A stretch of DNA of 57,070 nt, filler included, from Basidiobolus ranarum (Eukaryota): NCBI GenBank assembly GCA_040143965.1. It is 2 parts of 2 records of this genome, joined end to end, with 100 filler letters (N's around TTAATTAATTAA, not from the genome) between each part and the next. Parts side by side here need not be neighbours in the genome. Positions count along the whole stretch, not along the records: positions 28,626 to 57,070 come from JASJQH010000115.1; 1 more part is not named here. One strand, 5' to 3'. The position numbers and the translations under genes were made by a program. This document shows, in pieces, positions 49,611 through 57,070 of the stretch. Positions within the stretch are counted from its first letter, which is position 1; each line of letters opens with the position of its first letter. The notes under the pieces are model-generated. The model did not search any database. It worked only from the letters and a program-made list of their open reading frames with translations, and was not told the DNA's origin.

Positions 49611-50048
49611 ATTTATGTGGAGGAATGAGTTTTCAAATTCATCCCCCTATCTCATTTTTTTCCCTCTCTGAACCTCTCAACTATATACCTCTTGCCAATA
49701 GTGGAACCTTATGCGATCTCTACGTTGATTGGATGGATAAATTAAGCGGGGAGTCATGGGAATTATCGGTGGGAATTCAAATGTGAATTATTGATATCAT
49801 TAATTATTCCGAGCTTGTTTCAGATTAGTTGGGACATTCAAGTTGCACACTACAATTGATTGTATTAGAGTTTCTTTTCAATAATTATAATGACTCTGAG
49901 GAGAAACGCATGCGAGGGTGAAGTGATATTGTAGTAGATTTAAATAAAGTACATTCGATAGATGAGAGGGGGGGGCTAAGGTTAGGGTTAGGGAATGATC
50001 GTAACTACATAGAATCTGGTGCTGATTTCATATCTTTCGCGCTGCTTT

Positions 50049-50819
50049 TTACAATCTTTTTAGGGTTTTCTTTTTTTTATCATTTTTCTTTTCCACTTTC
50101 TTGATGATTTCTGGGTTAGAGGTGGAGGTAGTTTCCTCACTTTTTTTGGCATGAATACTGGTCATTAATTTGGCATGTTTGGCGTAATCATCATATCTTT
50201 CCAACAGTAATTTCCCTGCTTCTTCGTTTAACGCTGACTCGGGATTGGGGTAAATCAATAGACATTTTACTGTCAACAGAATGTGTGCGATACCAAGATC
50301 TGGGCTCCAATCCTTTTTAAGAGTGTTAACGCACACTTCTCCAGAGGCTGATACATTAGGGTGAAATATCTTGGTTTGAAAGTAACCTGTATGTGAATAT
50401 CGTGTTAGTAAACGAACAAATCATATACGATCAAGACCTTGAATTACTGACATTTTGGTGGACTATTAGGGAAGTCATTGCTCATAGCCAACTTCACCTT
50501 AAAGTGTCCTTTTTCGTAGGGGGTTCCCTCTAAATAAAAATACGGAGGTTAGACTGAATAATAAAGAAATTCGTACAAGATAACCGTACCTGGACCGTAA
50601 ATCCAAGCTTGTACATCACAAATGTTGTCATCGTTGATGATAAGTTTGACACCTTCTAAAGGAGTTGTTTGAATGGTTTGAATTTCTTTAGCAATACGCT
50701 TAATAGCGGAGGGGGAAATACTTTCGGCAGCCAACTTGAGTTCAGTAAAAGTGTTAACAACAACAATCTCCAACAGTTTAGAAAGAAAAGAATACTAGCA
50801 AAATGGGAGTACTTACCAT
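50049..50819 (-). CDS. UBE2S: Ubiquitin-conjugating enzyme E2 S; 4 exons, the first coding exon being ATG only
   Basis: [59 protein letters not shown], basic tail KKKTLKRL. Confidence 0.92.
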
Positions 50820-52771
50820 GATATGAGTATTTTTCAAGGATATATATTGAACAAATTGTCTATACCGTCAAGGTAACAAGTGTGTTGCTTGGCTTTCTTC
50901 CTTCTACTTTTGTATCGCATGTATAGATAGTCAAAACAAAACAAGGTGAATGAATGATCAGCCAATCATGATGATCTTTTCGTTTACTAATTCTAAATAA
51001 ACAACCGACCAGAATCTTGTGGAATCTTAACCGTTGTATGAGATATTTTCCGTTAAAACTCCATCATTTCATCGCCATCTTTTCAATATTTAATATGATC
51101 GTAAATGACTCCGAAAACATTTCAAGGATCAATTCAAGTGTTAAGCATTTATTCTGTATGCGTCTTAAAATTGGATTTAAACTAATCCACGAATCTAACT
51201 CCGATTGAAAATTTTCATTCAGCACACTTGATCCAGAGAAAAAAGTGTGCTGAGTGAATAACTTCCTGCTAGATTACACATTAACAACCCAACTCTCTAC
51301 AAGATTTCAAGGTTTGTTTCATATGCAAAGTGATGTATATTCCAGACGATCTCGAATTCTCCTTTTAATGAGTTTCATCGGATGCCACTAATGTCATGTA
51401 GATCACAAATACTTGCGCCTAATTCAAATTAATCTATGCCTGCTTTATGCTGCACACAACAGTTTAGGTAGCATATATCTGTTGAGCGCATTGAATGAAA
51501 CCCGTGTATAACAACTCTACCTAGTGTGGTAGAACGATGAGCTAAATTCTGTTCTACTTTGAAACAAAAGTGATCGAAACCTTGTATCACCAAAGCGCTC
51601 CTTTATTATTCTGCTTCGATCATTTTCATCAAAGTGTTCAAAATACTGACGTAAGATATATGGTTGTACTCTACGCTCTCAACCTGTCAATGAATGAGCT
51701 TTGAGAGCACTACCTCTCACAGCTAACTAATATCGAACCCCGACAACGTATATTGCCTCCAGTGCATAGGACAATGGCTACGGGTATTCCATCTTCCTCG
51801 GTTAATGAGAGTGGATTTTTTTATCCAGTTTATAGCATCTATCTTTTGTTGGACGTAGAACCATCATCGATTAGCTCATCATTACTTGGCAATAGAAGTG
51901 TTCAAGTCTGGGTTTCGGAAAACCTAACCAAACATGATGTGCCATGATTAGACAGATAAGGCTGTTTATGACCGAGTAGAACTATCTAATCCATGTGAGT
52001 TGGGTGAATGTATCTCATACATCACAAAAATAGCCAGGTATTGTAATTGGTGCACTATGTTCTGAACTTCACGTTTATTACACGTAATAAATCAAATTAA
52101 GGTTCGGGTTTGCACTAAATCGCGTGAGGTAGATGTCTGGAATGTATATTCAAAACCCGTATCGCTACTTCCAAAACAAGACGAACTACTGAGCACCCCC
52201 AATGTTTTTAAAGAAGAGTTTCAAACGAGCCAAGGTAACAGTCATTCAAACAATAAAGAGCAACCAATCAAATTGAAGATCGAATGATTGTTACCCCGAT
52301 TTGAGTTATCATTGCTCAAATATATCGTCATTTACTTCCTAAATATAAGCTTTGATTTACGAGTTATTATGTTTGTTTGGAGCGGTTGATTGGTGTGAAG
52401 ATGGTAGATATTCTAAAACAACACAAATATGCAATCAGTAAGCTAACCTCAAACTGACTGGCCTTATGTATGAAATAGATTGTGGTCTTGATTTAGTCCA
52501 ATCATTATTATTGCATTTGACTATCGAAAGTATATATGGCTGTCTTGTAGCTGTAACCCCTAATCTTTCCCTATAACTATCTTGAATCTCGCTCCAATAT
52601 ATCCAGCAATACCATTTCTTTCTTCTTCCTATAACGTGCTTGATAGAGACTACCAACCGCCGCCCACTTTCCCCATTCTCTAACATCGTTTCGAAACTGT
52701 TTGTCGATCCGAATATCACCCACCCGAAAAGCCTCCATTAGTTTCTGATAGCCTTGAGCTGACTTACAATC

Positions 52772-55479
52772 ATGGCAGATAATAACAGCACCGACAACAT
52801 GCAAGTCGCGTCGTTTGTTTCGTCTTTGATCTTTAATATAGCCATCGCGGCAGTATTGTTCCTTGTGTTCACACTAGTTCGACATAGCGATAATAGTGTA
52901 TATGAACCTCGAACATACATGGTCGAAGAAGATAAACGACCACCAAAATTAACGAAATCACCTATATCATGGATTGTAAACGTATTCAAAACCAAAGATC
53001 GGGTACTACTGCAGCGTGTCGGTCTAGATGCTTTCATGTTCCTGCGATTCATGCGGACGAGTTTCTTTTTGTTCCTCATTTACACTGTGTTCGGCTATGC
53101 TATACTATTTCCTTTAAATGCGGTTAGTCCAACGGAAGGTAAAACCGAAATTTTAAGATTCGGTACTGGTAACGTCCTAGATCACAAAAGACTATGGGGT
53201 CATGTTGTTTTGAATTTCTTCTTCATCGGTAGGTTTTTCTTGGTTTTATTTGATATCATACACCATGTTAATTTTGTATCTGACATTCAGGCCTTGCTCT
53301 GTATCTAATATATCGCGACTCGCGGGAATATATTCATTTACGTCAAAGGTACATGATGAGTACTGACCATCAGAACAGTCCTATGGCATCTACAATCTTG
53401 GTTACTGGAATCCCACACGACACCAATAATATTCAGACATTACAAGAGATGTTCGATGTGTTTCCTGGCGGAGTTCGACACATTTGCATAAATAGGAACA
53501 TTGGGAAGCTAGAGAAAGACATCAACAATCGTACCAGTATACTCGGAAAGCTTGAATCTGCTGAGACCAAGCTTATCAAAGCAGGAATGAAAGATCCCAG
53601 CAAACCACCTCAACGACCCACACATAAAACTGGGTTCATCCCTTGCTGCGGCGAAAAGGTGGACTCTATAGAATACTACCGCGAGGAATTGGCTCAATTG
53701 AATCAAGTAATCGTTATGAAACAGAAAAATCTGGATCAGTACACCCCTGAATCATCTGCCTTCATCACCTTTAACAATCAGCTTGCCGCGCATTTGGCTG
53801 CTCAGTCATTGGCCCATAACATGCCATTGGCTATGGAAGCTAAATATGTAGAAGTGAGCCCTGACGATGTGGTATGGGGTAATTTAGGGATGTTTTCTAT
53901 CGAACGTTCAATTCGCAAAATCATAGCACTCGCTATGGTCATTGCACTGGTTATCCTTTGGTTCATCCCCACAGCCTTCGTTCAGAGTATTGCTAATCTG
54001 GACACATTGACAAAGTTCATCCCTTTCCTTAGTGTCATCGACAGTTGGCCCGCATCTGTTAAGGGTATCATAACTGGTGTTTTGCCCTCAGTGGCATTGG
54101 CCATATTAATGGCTGTTCTACCAATGATATTACGAGCACTGATCAAATTCGAAGGAACAGTAAGACACTCGGATATCGAACTATCATTGATGAACAAGTA
54201 CTTCTTTTTCCTGGTCGTCAACGTGTTTTTTGTTACTCTGGTATCCGGGCCTATTTTCAATGTTATCGAAAAGGTTATAAATGGAAATTTCGACCCAGCA
54301 GAAATAGCTACTACTATAAGCTCGAATCTACCGAAGGCATCAGTTTTCTTTATCTCTTACGTTCTATTGCAAACCTTTATTGGAGCAAGTAAAGAGATCT
54401 TGCAGGGGGTTCCACTCGTATTGCGATATGTCATGAGATTTGTCTTGGCTAGTACTCCCCGTAAACTGAGTGCTCTCGAGTCACTTCCTGGATTTGTTTG
54501 GGGAACATCCTTCCCTCAACACACTTTGATCTTTGTAGTTGGTAAGTAAATGACAATCTTTAATTGAAACGAGTATATCTTAATAATCTCTCAATTTTCA
54601 GGCATTGCATTCGCTACAATTGCACCTATTCTCTTGCCTTTCATTGCCGCTTATTTTGGATTGTATTACTTGGTATATTGCCATCAATTCCAGTATGTAT
54701 ATGGAAGTAACACTGCTCAAACTGGTGGACTCTTTTATCCTCGTGCTGTCAACCATATGTTCACTGGTATCTACATATTTCACGTATGTGTACTATGTCA
54801 GTTCTTCATTGCCCAGGCTTATGCTCAAGGAATCGTTCAAGTGGTACTCTTGATTATCACCATCATCGTCAATATTTTTGGAAAGCGTGGATTCTCGCCT
54901 TTACTAAAATACCTGCCCCTGAATATTGCTGTGGACCCAACTCCACTCGGTCTTACAGAAGGAAATATGGCGTATAAGAAGGAGAGCTCTCCACAAACAC
55001 AGCCCGGAGATGTTGACCTTGAAAGACAAGGGTTCATTGATAATAGTGAAACGCCAGTTGGTTATCAACCCAACATACCAAATGGTGAAAAACACGAAGC
55101 AAATAATTTTAACAGCAATGTAACACAGGCCAACGGGGGAGCAAATCCACCCGTTAACTTTGTTTCTGCCAAGCATGAGAAACTTAGTATTCCTAATTCA
55201 TCGGCCAATTCACACACTTCGAGTACCCGCAGAAAGGCTTTCTCGTTCTCAGTGCATGATGGTGCCAATGAAGTTTACCTTCATCCGGCGTTAAGAGATC
55301 CAGTACCTACAGTTTGGATTCCTCAAGACTCAGTTGGACTATCTGATCGGGAGGTTTTCGCTATGGACAAGCAGCTAATACCTGCAACTAATGAAGGAGC
55401 ACACATTGACGAAGCAAAAGGACACATCGTGCTAACTAAGCACGATGGACCCCCAAATGTAGTTCAGAGTGAGGAATAG
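52772..55479 (+). CDS. OSCA/TMEM63 (CSC1/RSN1/PHM7-like) mechanosensitive channel; 3 exons (52772-53228, 53291-54541, 54602-55479)
   Basis: VYEPR, GLDAFMFLRF, TILVTGIP, SAFITF, PDDVVWGNL, KYFFFLVVNVF, LPKASVFFISY, TGGLFYPRA, YLHPAL. Confidence 0.93.
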
Positions 55480-56142
55480 AGCACATAAAACCATAATTTT
55501 CAGTAATTCATTTCATTTTGTAATAAAGGAATTTTTATAATAATAATAACAATAATACGTACATATATAATGTTAGCATACTACGATTAGTTACGTTTAC
55601 TTGATTCACCCAGATCAGTACTGACGGTGGATTGCTATAGTAATATGAATGGGAATCAGTATTTTGGTCTCCGCTGTTGTGGAGATCAACATGGACCATC
55701 CAGAACACCATTTAAATTAAATTACTCGAATCCGAATCCAAGTTGACAAGTTACTAACCAATTGAAAAATTAGACGTTTAGAACCGCTCGTTCCGAATAG
55801 TAACTAAAGTAAACAAGTGTATAAATAAATAGGAGATTGGGGATGGGATGAACGGGAAATATATGCTGACTGACTCGACAATCGAGACATAGGATTACTT
55901 AATTTGTCGATAGACATTTGGTAATTCCCAAATTCATCTAAGCAGTGGAATTTTGGATGAACCCTGGACATCATTTAAACTAAAAAGGGTAAGGATCGAT
56001 ATAAATCCCATGAAAAGCACTTTGTATGAGTCGAAGTAGGATCTCCTTAAAACTCAATATTCTACTTTTCTTTCAATTGATTTTTTTTCCCATTCAAGTC
56101 TCTTTCATTTTATTTCGTTTCTGTAGTCAAGTATTCTTTTCT

Positions 56143-56585
56143 ATGTACAATTCAACTCGTACTCATCCAGTTCTTCCTCCATTTGGTGTATTCAAAGTGT
56201 CCGAGCTTTCTTCTGGTCCATCTCCCAATCATTACATGGTACAATCTGTTGAACAGCATCATACATCGGTTTTCCATCCCAGCGCAGTAGGAATGAGCAT
56301 CAGTCATGCTACTCAACAACCCATGCAACAAGTGAACAATGGTGGTTACGACTACCCAGCTTCCAGAATGCCTTTACATCCACAACGTTCAAGTCATGAC
56401 GTGAGAGAGCGAGATGTGTATGATACTGTATCCGATAGGAGGGTGATATATCCAGAAGACGAGAATGAATTGATATATCAGGTTTGAAAATGATTTTGAT
56501 TACTATTAATTGAAATGAATATTCACTAATTTAAATATCGGTTTCTTAGGCAGCTAGAATTTTAATCAGTTTATCTTCAAGTTAG
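56143..56585 (+). CDS. Small hypothetical protein (~124 aa); 2 exons (56143-56481, 56550-56585)
   Basis: ATG after a pyrimidine-rich leader; GTTTGA..CTAAT..TAG intron; ends EDENELIYQAARILISLSSS*. Confidence 0.6.
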
Positions 56586-57070
56586 TCGTCACCAAGGCTA
56601 AAGGGGGGAGACTCTTATATGGAATTGAAACTTAGCATATATGTGGGTTATTGAATAGCATTCAATCAGTACCTTCTAAAGAAACTATAGTCTTGATATT
56701 TTACTATTGTATATATACCTTCTCAACTCAACCTCACACGGTCATGTATTTTTTATATCTCAACCATATCATTCTTGTTTGGTATAAACCATTGGTCCGG
56801 TTCATTTTCAAAGAAATGTTTATATTTATGAATGTATATCTTTTTACAAATCAAGTAAAATCCAACCAACAAGAGATGACAAAATTGAATTCATAAAAGT
56901 GAATTTTATTCAATTCTTAATTTCCCATTGAATATGATAATGAAAATTAATCAAAAATATTCTTCAATTTGAATGAATTGGAATCCAAACTGCATTTTTG
57001 TTTATCACTAGTGGTAGCACTAACTTGGAAGTGGTAATTACCGGTGGGTACATCAAGGGGTAAAGTGAAG

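Noticed and set aside
389-55268. Many 60-160 aa ORFs antisense to or overlapping the called genes
   Set aside because: They are shadow ORFs of real coding regions and have no motifs of their own.

Overview
Eukaryotic, intron-containing, AT-rich DNA from a fungus. Short GT-AG introns (mostly 50-90 nt) and scattered TTAGGG words fit an early-diverging lineage such as Zoopagomycota or Mucoromycota; this is inference, not verified. I can support about 21 protein-coding genes. In order: an AIF/AMID-like oxidoreductase, a 1267-aa repeat-bearing protein that may be NST1-like, two divergent paralogous zinc-finger TFs, a ZIP transporter, an acidic orphan, a 7-TM GPCR, a 5-exon Sororin-like gene, a Myb/SANT trihelix protein, a cytochrome P450, a kynurenine aminotransferase, an alpha-arrestin, a small secreted peptide precursor, a C2 protein, LCB1, PEBP, URB2, an SMG7/EST1-like protein, a C1orf53/DUF5522 gene absent from the ORF track, UBE2S, an OSCA/TMEM63 channel and a small orphan. 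There is also a CpG-depleted relic region and an assembly gap with an artificial linker. The best leads are the spliced Sororin-like gene carrying an FGF motif, three ZRE-like ACC-N5-GGT sites upstream of the ZIP gene, an X-Pro-type secreted peptide precursor, and a bacterial-looking P450. No rRNA, convincing tRNA or CRISPR array was seen. All exon boundaries were read by eye and all family assignments come from remembered motifs, not database searches.
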